Assembly (NCBI GenBank): GCA_005223125.1
Contig: NJBH01000009.1
Location: forward strand, 62,323 to 126,322
Source: Promethearchaeota archaeon Loki_b32
GTDB taxonomy: Archaea > Asgardarchaeota > Lokiarchaeia > Sigyniarchaeales > SOKP01
Direction of reading: 5' to 3'
Length of the DNA stretch: 64,000 nt
The notes beneath the pieces are model-generated. The model was not told the origin of the DNA. It worked only from the letters and a program-made list of their open reading frames with translations, and did no database searches. Below are positions 10,700-20,478 of the stretch, in pieces. Within the stretch, counting starts at the first letter, position 1, and each line of letters starts with the position of its first letter. The position numbers and the translations under genes were made by a program.

Positions 10700-13600
10700 A
10701 TGAAATTATTTAATAAACTTGAATTGCTTTATATTCCAGCAACTTACTGGAATGAATCATCAAGTAGTTTCAAATTGATTTCTGAAGGAAAACAACTTCC
10801 TCAAAATACTAACTTTTTTCTTTTGTGGATCCCGTCAAATAATTCAGAAAAGGAGCTCACTGAGCATATTAAGCTTATTTTTCCAAACATTCCAATAAAA
10901 AAGCTTTTATCCTGTAAAATTAACCTAGCAATTCCATTTAGCTCATCAAAAAAAGTTTTTGAAGTTATATCACATATAGGAAAAATTATACCTATTCTAC
11001 CAGCTACAAAATTACTTTATCAAATGGAAATAATTGAAAATCCTGATCGAAGTAGAATACATTATAGCAATTCTATTAAAATATGGGCTCTTCTAACAAA
11101 ATTAGTATTTGAATTATTAAATAAAGGTCAATTTGTACCTGCTTTAGAACCAACTAAAGAAAAGTTGTATAATAGTCAATGGCGCTTAATCTTAAAATCT
11201 CAGTATGATAATGATCGTTTTAAATCTATTTTGAATCATAGTTCTTGGCCAGCTTTTTGTCTCCCTATAAATAATTTTCAAGAAAATGGGGTAATTAAAA
11301 CGAATGGTCTTTGGCACCCTTCTTACCTTTTTTCAGTATTTTTGGATAGTGTTGGAGATTCTCTGATACGTTCTACCTTAAATAAAAGTAAATTTCAAAC
11401 TTTTGATGAATTTTATAGCGCTGAAATAAAAAAAGAAGTAAATCCAGATTTTAGATTAAATTGGGATTATAAATTTCTTAAAGCACTTGTTAAAAAAGAT
11501 AATAGTTTTAAGGTTGATGAATTTTATGAATCTATTTTACCTGCATTAATTCAGAATTGGACTCAATCTGCTTTAGGATTCCAATTAAGATATGATTTTA
11601 CATTAAGTTTGGAATTAAAATATCCAGAAAAAGTAGAAGATGATTGGTTATTAAAACTTTCCCTGTCATCACGTGATGGAATTAAAACTATACCTTTAAA
11701 TGAGCTTTGGGAAGGATTTGAACTAAAAAAGGAAATTTTTTCAAAAATCATTGAAAGTGATGAGCATTATTTAGAAATAATTTTAAGAGCTCTAGGAGCA
11801 GCATCAAAGATATTTCCACCAATTAAGAGAGCTTTTTTAGAAAACATTCAACATGAGATTAAACTTACCTCGAGCGAAGTAATGGAATTTTTAAAATATC
11901 CAAAAGATTTATTAATTCAGAGTGGATTTAATATTGTTCTACCTGAAGTATTTACAACAAGTGGAAAACAGCGTTTAACTGCCCGGTTAATCATTCGTTC
12001 AAAAGAAGATACAAAAAAAAAAACAGAGATATCTAGTGTTTTACCATCTATGTTTGATATCGATTCAATGCTGGACACTAAATGGGATGTTAGAATTGAA
12101 GGAAAGAAAATTACAGAAGAAGAATTTAATAAATTAATTGATTCTAACGAACCATTAGTCAATTTAAGGGGAAAATGGATATTAATTGACCAAAACGATG
12201 TCGAAGATTTAAGGAATATTAAGAAATTCGGTGTGAAAAATTATTTAGATGCCTTAAAAATAGGATTAATTGGAAAGGTTCAACTACAAGAAAATGGTAC
12301 TAAATATGATGTAATTATTGAAGGAGAATTAAACGAAATAATTACACGAATACAATCTATAGATTCTTTTGAAGAAATTCCTTGTCCTTCATCGTTTAAA
12401 GGTAAACTGCGTCGCTATCAGGAAGTAGCACTTAAATGGATGGGAAATATGACAAAACTTAATTTTGGATTGTGTTTAGCTGATGACATGGGCCTTGGAA
12501 AAACTATTCAAGTAATTGCATTTTTGCTTTATCTTAAAGAAAAATATCCAAATAATAAGGGTAGTGTTTTAGTTGTGTGTCCTACTTCAGTACTGTTTAA
12601 TTGGCACCGTGAATTTAAGAAATTTGCGCCCAATTTAGAAATAATACTTCATCATGGACCTAATCGATATAAAAAAGCCTCAGAGATTCCAGAATTTTTA
12701 AAAGCACATCGAATCTTTCTAACATCTTATGGAACTATTAGAAATGATATTGATTTCCTAGAAACAATTCCGTTTAGTGGCATTATTATAGATGAGAGTC
12801 AAAATATGAAGAATTATATTTCAAAACAGACTCAAGCAATATCCAAACTGAAAAGTCAATATAGAATTTGTTTAAGCGGCACTCCAATAGAAAATCGTTT
12901 ACTTGAACTTTGGTCCCTTTTTAATTTTTTAAATCCTGGTCTTATAGGAAATAGAGAGGAATTTCAAGAGAAGTTTATCTTACCTATTGAACGATTTCAA
13001 AATCAAGAAGCAATTAATGATCTAAAGACAATCATCGCTCCTTTTATTATGCGTCGTGTTAAATCCGATAAATCAATAATAAATGACTTGCCTGAAAAAA
13101 ATGAAATTAAAATAACAATTGAATTGACTAAGGAGCAAGTGATATTATATGAAGATCTTACCGAAGAGACAATAAAAAAGATTGAAGATAACACAGTCGA
13201 TAAGAGAAAGAAGAGGGGAATAATCTTAGCCCTATTAGTTAAATTAAAGCAAATTTGCAACCATCCTTATCAATATCTTAAGAAAGATATCACATCAATA
13301 AGAACAGATAAAGAAATAAAACAAATCATTTCCCAATCAAATAAGTTGGTAAGATTATTAGAAATGACTGATGAAGTTATTTCCAATGGAGAAAAGGTTT
13401 TAATTTTTACCCAATTTACACAGATGGGAACAATTATAAAAAAGATACTTGAATGGAAGTATAACTTCAAAATTCTTTTCTTTCATGGTAGTGTACCTGA
13501 AAAGAAAAGGAGTGAAATAATAGATGATTTTCAATCAGAAGAAATTGAAAGTCCTCCAATATTAATTTTATCTTTAAAAGCGGGTGGGATAGGCTTAAAT

Positions 13601-13870
13601 TTAACTCAAGGAACAACAGTCATCCATTTTGACAGATGGTGGAATCCCGCAGTTGAAGACCAAGCTACAGATAGAGCTTATCGAATTGGTCAAAAATCAG
13701 TAGTGAATGTATATAAATTCATTACAAATGGGTCGATTGAAGAAAAAATCGATTCTTTATTAGAAGAAAAACGAGTTTTATCCGAAAAAATCGTTGTATC
13801 CACCGGAGAATCTTGGATTTCTGATTTAAATAAAGAAAAACTTAAAGAACTGTTACTACTAAGTAATTAA
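10700..13870 (+). CDS. SNF2/Rad54-family (DEAD/DEAH-like) ATPase with DUF3670-type N-terminal region
   Basis: LADDMGLGKT, VVCPTSV, IIDESQNMKN, LSGTPIEN, SLKAGGIGLNL, DRWWNPAVEDQATDRAYRIGQ. Confidence 0.93.
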   Translation: MKLFNKLELLYIPATYWNESSSSFKLISEGKQLPQNTNFFLLWIPSNNSEKELTEHIKLIFPNIPIKKLLSCKINLAIPFSSSKKVFEVISHIGKIIPILPATKLLYQMEIIENPDRSRIHYSNSIKIWALLTKLVFELLNKGQFVPALEPTKEKLYNSQWRLILKSQYDNDRFKSILNHSSWPAFCLPINNFQENGVIKTNGLWHPSYLFSVFLDSVGDSLIRSTLNKSKFQTFDEFYSAEIKKEVNPDFRLNWDYKFLKALVKKDNSFKVDEFYESILPALIQNWTQSALGFQLRYDFTLSLELKYPEKVEDDWLLKLSLSSRDGIKTIPLNELWEGFELKKEIFSKIIESDEHYLEIILRALGAASKIFPPIKRAFLENIQHEIKLTSSEVMEFLKYPKDLLIQSGFNIVLPEVFTTSGKQRLTARLIIRSKEDTKKKTEISSVLPSMFDIDSMLDTKWDVRIEGKKITEEEFNKLIDSNEPLVNLRGKWILIDQNDVEDLRNIKKFGVKNYLDALKIGLIGKVQLQENGTKYDVIIEGELNEIITRIQSIDSFEEIPCPSSFKGKLRRYQEVALKWMGNMTKLNFGLCLADDMGLGKTIQVIAFLLYLKEKYPNNKGSVLVVCPTSVLFNWHREFKKFAPNLEIILHHGPNRYKKASEIPEFLKAHRIFLTSYGTIRNDIDFLETIPFSGIIIDESQNMKNYISKQTQAISKLKSQYRICLSGTPIENRLLELWSLFNFLNPGLIGNREEFQEKFILPIERFQNQEAINDLKTIIAPFIMRRVKSDKSIINDLPEKNEIKITIELTKEQVILYEDLTEETIKKIEDNTVDKRKKRGIILALLVKLKQICNHPYQYLKKDITSIRTDKEIKQIISQSNKLVRLLEMTDEVISNGEKVLIFTQFTQMGTIIKKILEWKYNFKILFFHGSVPEKKRSEIIDDFQSEEIESPPILILSLKAGGIGLNLTQGTTVIHFDRWWNPAVEDQATDRAYRIGQKSVVNVYKFITNGSIEEKIDSLLEEKRVLSEKIVVSTGESWISDLNKEKLKELLLLSN

Positions 13871-13880
13871 CAAATTATAG

Positions 13881-14825
13881 GTGTTAAATATAAATAACCG
13901 GAAAAAAGAGTTCATGGATAGGCGAAGAAATAAGCAAAGAAAACCCGTTATATCTCAAAGAAAGACTGAATCTGAGAGACAACGTACTCGTGAGGAAGTT
14001 GAACAAATTAAAAGAGATCTCATAAACTTTGCTAAGACTTCATGGGGAAAACAATGGATTCAATCAAATCTAAAAATAGGGCGCCCTTTTAGGATGCAAA
14101 GAGGAATTGAGTATGTAAAAGATAAAAGACGAATAGATAATCTTTCGATTAACCCAGGTCAGATTTTTGCAACAGTACAAGGTACAGCTCCAACACCATA
14201 TCGAGTAAAAATAAAATTTGAAACCATCCAAGAAGATGAATGGAAAATTATTCTAAAGAAACTTACAAATAAAACCATCAATCTTATAGAATTATTAGAA
14301 GGATCCTTACCAGAAGATTTAATTACTATTTTTAATACAAGCGGATACTCTTTATTTCCAGATGCATCAGAAGGTTTAAATGCAACCTGTTCTTGTCCTG
14401 ATAAAGCAATTCCATGTAAACATATTGCTGCTGTTATTTTATATCTCGCACTCGTTATTGATTTCAATCCATTTTTATTATTAGAATTTCGAGGAAAACC
14501 TAAGAGTGAGATTCTCACTGATTTAAGTTTAGATCAATCATCAAAAAGTAAAAAGAAATTAGAAAAAACCTCTACTTATCAACAAATTGAGTTTAATTTT
14601 AACGTGCCGAAAATCTCTATTCAAGAATTATTAAATACACAAAAGGAAAAAGATGATTTTATCATTGATTATAAACTTAAAAAACCTGGAAAAATCATAG
14701 AAACTTTAGAGAATTTAGGATTACCGCAAAATCTTGAAAATAAAGCTTTTGAAATTGTTTTAAGAGCCATCTATAAAAAGATTACATCTGAGACATATTC
14801 ATTGTCTTCAGAATTAAATAAATAG
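13881..14825 (+). CDS. SWIM zinc-finger protein (SNF2 partner)
   Basis: WGKQW, ATVQGT..PYRV, CSCPDKAIPCKHIAAV (CxCx7CxH). Confidence 0.88.
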   Translation: MLNINNRKKEFMDRRRNKQRKPVISQRKTESERQRTREEVEQIKRDLINFAKTSWGKQWIQSNLKIGRPFRMQRGIEYVKDKRRIDNLSINPGQIFATVQGTAPTPYRVKIKFETIQEDEWKIILKKLTNKTINLIELLEGSLPEDLITIFNTSGYSLFPDASEGLNATCSCPDKAIPCKHIAAVILYLALVIDFNPFLLLEFRGKPKSEILTDLSLDQSSKSKKKLEKTSTYQQIEFNFNVPKISIQELLNTQKEKDDFIIDYKLKKPGKIIETLENLGLPQNLENKAFEIVLRAIYKKITSETYSLSSELNK

Positions 14826-14836
14826 GAAGTGTGATT

Positions 14837-15568
14837 CTATACATTGGAGTATAATTCAATTTTCCGCCCATTTTCTTTCAAACGGATTAAATTGTCCTTA
14901 GACAATTTATCAATATGATATTTTACAGTATTTCGTGCAAGATTGATTTTCTTAGAAATCTCGGAGGAGGAAATCCCCGGATAATTTTGAATTAATTTTA
15001 AAATTTTTGTCGTAGTTTCTGATTTAATTGGTAGATTTTTAAAAGCATCAATTGATTCAATAGAGGATGTAATTGGAAAATATATTGTATATTGCCCATA
15101 TTTTTCCTTTTTTATTATACGATACTTCAATAAAACATCTAAATGCCATTGTAATTGACCTTTTTGTAGATTACAGTTTCGCATCAATTCATTTTGATGT
15201 ATTCCTGGATTATTGATGATTTCCCTTAATATGTTCAAACGATTTTCATTTTCAAAAATATCTGTGAGAGTTAAGTAAGATTTTCCTTTTTGAATAAAAG
15301 GTTTTCTTATAAAATAACCTATATATTCTTTTACAGTAAGTACTTCAAAAATAGATAACAATAAAATTATTCCTATTAAAATAGATACTAAAATTATTCC
15401 AAGAGTTATTTCTTCAGCAGGACCTAAAAATTCATCCAATGGTTTAATTAACTGATATAGAACCACGGATAATATTACAAGAGAGAAAATAATAAGAACA
15501 AATTTCAATAGGGAAAAATAAATAAATTTTTTGGATGATTTACGATTATTCAATTTCTCAAAACCCAT
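14837..15568 (-). CDS. Membrane-anchored (2 TM) double winged-helix transcriptional regulator
   Basis: Two N-terminal hydrophobic helices, then IFENENR...PGIHQNEL...GQLQWHL and PGISSSEI...NTVKYHIDKL; paralog of 26962-27687. Confidence 0.85.
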   Translation of the reverse strand: MGFEKLNNRKSSKKFIYFSLLKFVLIIFSLVILSVVLYQLIKPLDEFLGPAEEITLGIILVSILIGIILLLSIFEVLTVKEYIGYFIRKPFIQKGKSYLTLTDIFENENRLNILREIINNPGIHQNELMRNCNLQKGQLQWHLDVLLKYRIIKKEKYGQYTIYFPITSSIESIDAFKNLPIKSETTTKILKLIQNYPGISSSEISKKINLARNTVKYHIDKLSKDNLIRLKENGRKIELYSNV

Positions 15569-15574
15569 TGAAAA

Positions 15575-16165
15575 TTATTTTTTTTCTATTTTATTTCTAT
15601 TTAATTTTAAGAAGGGAAACATAAAAAATACATTATTTGCATAATCTAAAAATTCATCTCCATATTTAGCTTTTAAGGCATACTCTTCAATTTTTGCTAA
15701 AATAATATAAGCTAATACTTCGCCAGTCCAAATCAAAAACATAAAAATGTATACATCGATACTCAAGTCAAAATTGACAATAGGACTGGTTTTGAAAACC
15801 ATTAAAGTCATTCCAAAAGTCATGATAATTAATGATATATATTGAGGATGTCTTAAATATCTATATGGTCCAGTTCGAATTAGTTGTTTTCTGTGAGTTA
15901 ATTGATAAATTAGAGATGTGATAAAAAGCATGAACCCTAATATTATAATATATATTTCATAGCTATTAAATAAGAATGCAAGATCCGATCCTAAAATTCC
16001 TGGGTTTTGAAAAAAGAACGCTAAATAGGTAATTAATGGCACACTCATAATACCAAACCATATGGCAGTGCATGGCACATATTGGAAAATCGGGATTAAT
16101 ATAGAGGAAAGACTTGTAGCAACCGAAGTTATTTTATTTTTTATTTTATTTCCTTTAAGATTCAT
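15575..16165 (-). CDS. Isoprenylcysteine carboxyl methyltransferase / PEMT-family membrane methyltransferase
   Basis: LIRTGPYRYLRHPQY and IEEYALKAKYGDEFLDY; multi-TM. Confidence 0.8.
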   Translation of the reverse strand: MNLKGNKIKNKITSVATSLSSILIPIFQYVPCTAIWFGIMSVPLITYLAFFFQNPGILGSDLAFLFNSYEIYIIILGFMLFITSLIYQLTHRKQLIRTGPYRYLRHPQYISLIIMTFGMTLMVFKTSPIVNFDLSIDVYIFMFLIWTGEVLAYIILAKIEEYALKAKYGDEFLDYANNVFFMFPFLKLNRNKIEKK

Positions 16166-16223
16166 ATGTTAATACCTTTTAAATTTATAGATTTACTTAT
16201 AAAAAATGAAACAATTTTGTTTT

Positions 16224-16251
16224 TAAAGGTTTAAGGTGCACTTTTAGAACA
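16224..16251 (-). promoter_or_regulatory. Conserved 28-bp upstream motif, copy 1 (putative operator + BRE/TATA)
   Basis: taaaggtttaaggtgcacttttagaaca; one mismatch to the copies at 17482 and 31219; 59 bp upstream of the ICMT-like start. Confidence 0.75.
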
Positions 16252-16353
16252 ATTTTGGATATAAAATAAAGGATGCTTATCTATTTCTTTATTTCTTCTT
16301 AGAAAATATATATCCTACAATTTCTAAAGTAGCATTCCTTTCCAATAAAAAAT

Positions 16354-17430
16354 CTATTTTTTATATTTATATATAATAATAATAACTATTACTAAACCTG
16401 TCATAATAACAACTATAATAACTGGGATTATAAAATTTGGATTTTGAGGTAGAGATAGATTTGAAAGTTCGAGGATTTCTAAACCATCATCTAAGTCAGT
16501 TAAAAATACTATATTATTATCAACAAATAGATTTCTCGTGTGCCCTCCATCATTAAATCCGCCTATCTTCCAAGGATTAGTAGGATCACTTATATTAACG
16601 ATTTCAAGCCCATCATTATCATCTGATAGAAAAGCTATATCATCTAAAATGAAAGCATAGTATACATTACCTCCGTTGTTGAACGATCCCAAAGTAATTG
16701 GATGGATAGGATCACTCACATTCAAGATCTCTAAACCATTTGAACTGTAACACAAGTAAGCAATATTTTCTATGACCTTAACACTGTAAGCACCTTCCCC
16801 ATTAAAACATCCACCGATTTCGGAAGGATTAAACGGATCTGAGATGTTAACTATTTCAAGACCTGCATGATATTCTGCTATATAAGCTAAGTCTCCTTTA
16901 ATAAAAACCCCGTTAGGCGATCCACCATCATTGTATTCACCAATTTTATTTGGATGTCTAATATCGCTGCAGTTAATAATTTCAAGTCCATTTTCTATAC
17001 TCACTAAATAGACAAGATCTCCAACAGTAAAAACATCAGAAACATGTCCTCCATCATAGAAATCACTTATCTTAGTAGGGTTTAATGGATTTGATACATT
17101 GACTATTTGCAAACCACTAAAATAATTCGCTAAATAAGCGACTCCATTAAGAACATCGATACTGTGAGTTACTCCGAGGTCAAGATGCCCCAATTCGGTT
17201 GGATTGCGAGGATCAGAAACATCAATAATTTGCAACCCTTCTTCATTTCCCCCTATATATGCTATATCATCGATTACTACAACATCCCAGGCAAATAAAG
17301 TGTCGAATTGCCCGATCTTTTGTGGATGCATAAATAAATCAGCATATACTTTATTATTGTTTGATAAAACCGTAAAAAATACTATAATAATAATAAAAAA
17401 TATCTTTAAGGGGGGTGCCTTTGAATTCAT
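16354..17430 (-). CDS. LVIVD-repeat beta-propeller surface protein with signal peptide and C-terminal TM anchor
   Basis: Repeats of AY(I/L)xxxxxGL(E/Q)I(I/V)(D/N)(V/I)SDPxNP; hydrophobic N- and C-termini with a KYKK tail. Confidence 0.9.
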   Translation of the reverse strand: MNSKAPPLKIFFIIIIVFFTVLSNNNKVYADLFMHPQKIGQFDTLFAWDVVVIDDIAYIGGNEEGLQIIDVSDPRNPTELGHLDLGVTHSIDVLNGVAYLANYFSGLQIVNVSNPLNPTKISDFYDGGHVSDVFTVGDLVYLVSIENGLEIINCSDIRHPNKIGEYNDGGSPNGVFIKGDLAYIAEYHAGLEIVNISDPFNPSEIGGCFNGEGAYSVKVIENIAYLCYSSNGLEILNVSDPIHPITLGSFNNGGNVYYAFILDDIAFLSDDNDGLEIVNISDPTNPWKIGGFNDGGHTRNLFVDNNIVFLTDLDDGLEILELSNLSLPQNPNFIIPVIIVVIMTGLVIVIIIIYKYKK

Positions 17431-17481
17431 ATTTCCTCAAATATTTTTGAATGTTTAATTTAATTTATGAAAATATTATTA

Positions 17482-17509
17482 TAAAGGTTTAAGGTGCACT
17501 TTTCGAACA
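17482..17509 (-). promoter_or_regulatory. Conserved 28-bp upstream motif, copy 2
   Basis: taaaggtttaaggtgcacttttcgaaca; 52 bp upstream of the LVIVD gene start. Confidence 0.75.
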
Positions 17510-17561
17510 TTTTAAAGTATTAATTTTACCTTGGAAGATTAAGACTTTAAAATTTTAAAAC

Positions 17562-18356
17562 TTACTTGAGTAATATTGCAGAGAACAGTTCTTCTACTAG
17601 TTTGTTTACTTCTAGTAAACTTTTTGATTTATCAGAGACATCAATTATTGGTTTTCCTTTTAATTCAAATTCAGTTATTTCATTATCTTCTGGAATTTCT
17701 GCTAAAAGGGGTAATTTTAGATCATCAATTTTCTTTTTAATCTGACTTGTATTACCTTTAACTCTATTTAAAATGAGACCTAACTTTTTATATTGAGTAA
17801 ATTTTTTTGCACCATTACGTATAGCAGCAGCAGTTTCTATACTCCGTATTGAGATATCTGAAACAATTAAAAGGATATCTACTGTTTCAATAACCATTCG
17901 ATTGATTTGCTCAAGTCCTGCTTCACAATCAATTAAAACTATGTCAAAATCTTTAGTGATTGAGTTAATTACCTTACGTAAAAGTGCATTTGAAGGACAA
18001 AAACATCCAGGTCCCTCAGGTTGTCCTATAGAAAATAAACTAAAATTTTTACTTTCTGTAATTGCATTATATACTTCAAAGTCAATATTTTCTGCTACTT
18101 TATCCAAATCTTTTGCTTTTGTTAAAATTTCATCTATAACATCAGTTCTTAATTTTTCAAGACTTTTTTTGGGAATTAAATTTACCATATGACTCAAATG
18201 AGGATGTGTTGGATCTGCATCAATTAATAGTATATTAAAATCATATCCTTTTGAAATACTCTTAGCTAAAAGAGTTGTTATAGCTGTCTTACCAGAACCA
18301 CCTTTTCCTACAACTGAAATTGTTAACGGTTTTTCATAATTTTTTTGTTTTTTCAT
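17562..18356 (-). CDS. cooC: CooC/AcsF-type nickel-insertion ATPase (MinD/ParA family)
   Basis: GKGGSGKT, IDADP, GPGCFCPSNALLR, DCEAGLEQ. Confidence 0.85.
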   Translation of the reverse strand: MKKQKNYEKPLTISVVGKGGSGKTAITTLLAKSISKGYDFNILLIDADPTHPHLSHMVNLIPKKSLEKLRTDVIDEILTKAKDLDKVAENIDFEVYNAITESKNFSLFSIGQPEGPGCFCPSNALLRKVINSITKDFDIVLIDCEAGLEQINRMVIETVDILLIVSDISIRSIETAAAIRNGAKKFTQYKKLGLILNRVKGNTSQIKKKIDDLKLPLLAEIPEDNEITEFELKGKPIIDVSDKSKSLLEVNKLVEELFSAILLK

Positions 18357-18377
18357 AATCTCGATAATTCTACAACT

Positions 18378-19160
18378 TTATCTTTCAATTTTTTCTCTTT
18401 CAACTAATACTTGTTTAATCTCATAACATTCTTCTTGATATGGACAGATCTCACATCCCCAATCATATTCACAATCTATTCTTTTTTTCCAATTTTCTAT
18501 TTTCTTTAACCATTTTTCATTTATATAAGAATTAATTTTAGAAGTGATCTTAATAAACTCATCAATTACATTTGTATAAGTATTAACAAAAAAAATCTCC
18601 ATAGACTCAATTAGATCTTTGAAACGTTGTTTGTATAAATAAAAAATCGCATTTCCTAAAAATTCAAAAGTAAAATCCTTCATTATTTTCTCACTAATTC
18701 TACACCAAAATTTTCTAGGAATTGTCCTTATCAAAAATCCTTCTATTCCATTAGATATTAGATTAAATTGTCTTAAAGAATCCCAATCCTTTTCAGTAAT
18801 ATTCTTTCCCCCAATCAGGATTATCATTCCAAAATCGATCGATAGGTCGTGTATATCCTTATTTTCTACTCCAATTAACGTAATTGTTCCTTTTTTTACA
18901 GCATTTATAAAATCTAATTCAGAGAAAGGATAAACTAATGAAAATGACTTTTTATTGATACCTCCCAGTTCAAGCTTAGTTTCTTCTTGAAGAATAATCT
19001 CTTTATGCTTATCTAATTCAACTTTAATACTTAACTTTTCAAAGAGTTTAGGAGGATTAGGATTTTCTTCATAAATAAATACATTTCTCCCTTTTTGGGA
19101 CTCGGAGTTTATATGATTCCTTAAACCATCAAGAAATTCTTCAAATAATTCGATCTTCAT
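18378..19160 (-). CDS. Stand-alone protein resembling part of the acetyl-CoA synthase beta subunit (CdhC/AcsB-like), with a C-terminal Cys cluster
   Basis: ETKLELGG, GTITLIG, EGFLIR, WCRIS and terminal DCEYDWGCEICPYQEEC; adjacent to cooC. Confidence 0.5.
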   Translation of the reverse strand: MKIELFEEFLDGLRNHINSESQKGRNVFIYEENPNPPKLFEKLSIKVELDKHKEIILQEETKLELGGINKKSFSLVYPFSELDFINAVKKGTITLIGVENKDIHDLSIDFGMIILIGGKNITEKDWDSLRQFNLISNGIEGFLIRTIPRKFWCRISEKIMKDFTFEFLGNAIFYLYKQRFKDLIESMEIFFVNTYTNVIDEFIKITSKINSYINEKWLKKIENWKKRIDCEYDWGCEICPYQEECYEIKQVLVEREKIER

Positions 19161-19212
19161 AAAATTCCATTTATGATTCTATAAAGATAATAAAAAAAAA
19201 GGATTAATAGTT

Positions 19213-20478
19213 TTAACTCTTAATTGCTTTATTTATTAATTCTGATAGATCAAAGGTTTTAATTTCACCATCTTTGATATTTGCCTTGAATTGGTTTAAA
19301 CAGAATGGACAGCAAGATACAATTGCTTCAGCAGTAGTTTCTTTCGCTTCCTCAATTCTTTCATTCGCGGCAAAATTTGATAAATCTTTAAATGCTGACC
19401 TCACACCGCCCCCAGAACCACAACACCAAGCATTTTGTTTATTTCTTGGCATTTCCATTAAATTAATTCCAGGAATGTTCTTCAATACTTCTCTTGGGGG
19501 TTCAAAGATTCCCATATGGCGACCAATATGACAAGGATCGTGATACGTTATGTTCATGTTTACATTGTTATTGAATTTTACCTCATTATTATTTAATTTC
19601 TCCAGTATAAACTCAGGTAAATGAAGTATCTCAATACCATGGTCAAGCCCAAATTTCTTAGGGTATGTCTCTTTTAATGTTCGATAACAACCCGCACAAG
19701 ATGTTATAATTTTTTCAATTCCTTCATTTTTAAAGATATTTACATTAGTCTCAGCAATCTGTTTTGCTTTTTCAGTTTGTCCAGTCATATATACAGGAGA
19801 TCCGCAACAATACTCCTCTTTAAGTATTTTAAAATCAACTTGAAGGGAATTCAATATTTCTGCGGTATTAATTGCGATTTTTTGTTCTCTATAACTTGTT
19901 GTACATCCAACAAAATATGCTAGTTTTGCATCTTGAGATTGTTTAATATTTGAGGTAATCCAATTTGTTCTATCTTTATGTTTTTCCATATATGGATTAA
20001 ATTCTTTACCAACATGGTCAGTATACTGTTTTTGTTCTGGCATTGGTCCTAAACCTTTTTGAACTGCTTTTTCTCTCATTGCCATCAACCATTCTCCGGC
20101 ATAATAGTGAATCTCTGGTATTTGACATTGTTGTGTACATGCTAAGCAAACAGAACATTGGTAAAATATATTTGCTAAATTTTCTGTCCAATCTAAGCGA
20201 TTTGAAGTAACTGCCCAAGAAAGAAGATTTTTTCCTCCTAAATAATAAGCCTCAAACTTTCCAAATTCTCCAGAGGGACAAACTCGAAACCAACCCTCTT
20301 CCTGATATCCAGTTCGGCATGTACCACATTTTCCACATTGATATAAGATGTCTTTATAATATTCTAAATCTTTATGTCTATCAAGTTTTTGTTGATCGGG
20401 GACGGTTTCAATACGAGTTATGCCTTTACCATCGACAAATTTTATTTTTTCTTCTTTCACCATTTTAATCATCTCCAA
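19213..20478 (-). CDS. GlcF/HdrD-like Fe-S oxidoreductase with CCG domains
   Basis: CGKCGTC, CSVCLACTQQC, YFVGC, CCGSP, YHDPCHIGR, CCGSGGG. Confidence 0.9.
   Translation of the reverse strand: MEMIKMVKEEKIKFVDGKGITRIETVPDQQKLDRHKDLEYYKDILYQCGKCGTCRTGYQEEGWFRVCPSGEFGKFEAYYLGGKNLLSWAVTSNRLDWTENLANIFYQCSVCLACTQQCQIPEIHYYAGEWLMAMREKAVQKGLGPMPEQKQYTDHVGKEFNPYMEKHKDRTNWITSNIKQSQDAKLAYFVGCTTSYREQKIAINTAEILNSLQVDFKILKEEYCCGSPVYMTGQTEKAKQIAETNVNIFKNEGIEKIITSCAGCYRTLKETYPKKFGLDHGIEILHLPEFILEKLNNNEVKFNNNVNMNITYHDPCHIGRHMGIFEPPREVLKNIPGINLMEMPRNKQNAWCCGSGGGVRSAFKDLSNFAANERIEEAKETTAEAIVSCCPFCLNQFKANIKDGEIKTFDLSELINKAIKS

Noticed and set aside
10700-14825. SNF2 + SWIM pair as a novel system
   Set aside because: This is a well-known conserved prokaryotic gene pair.
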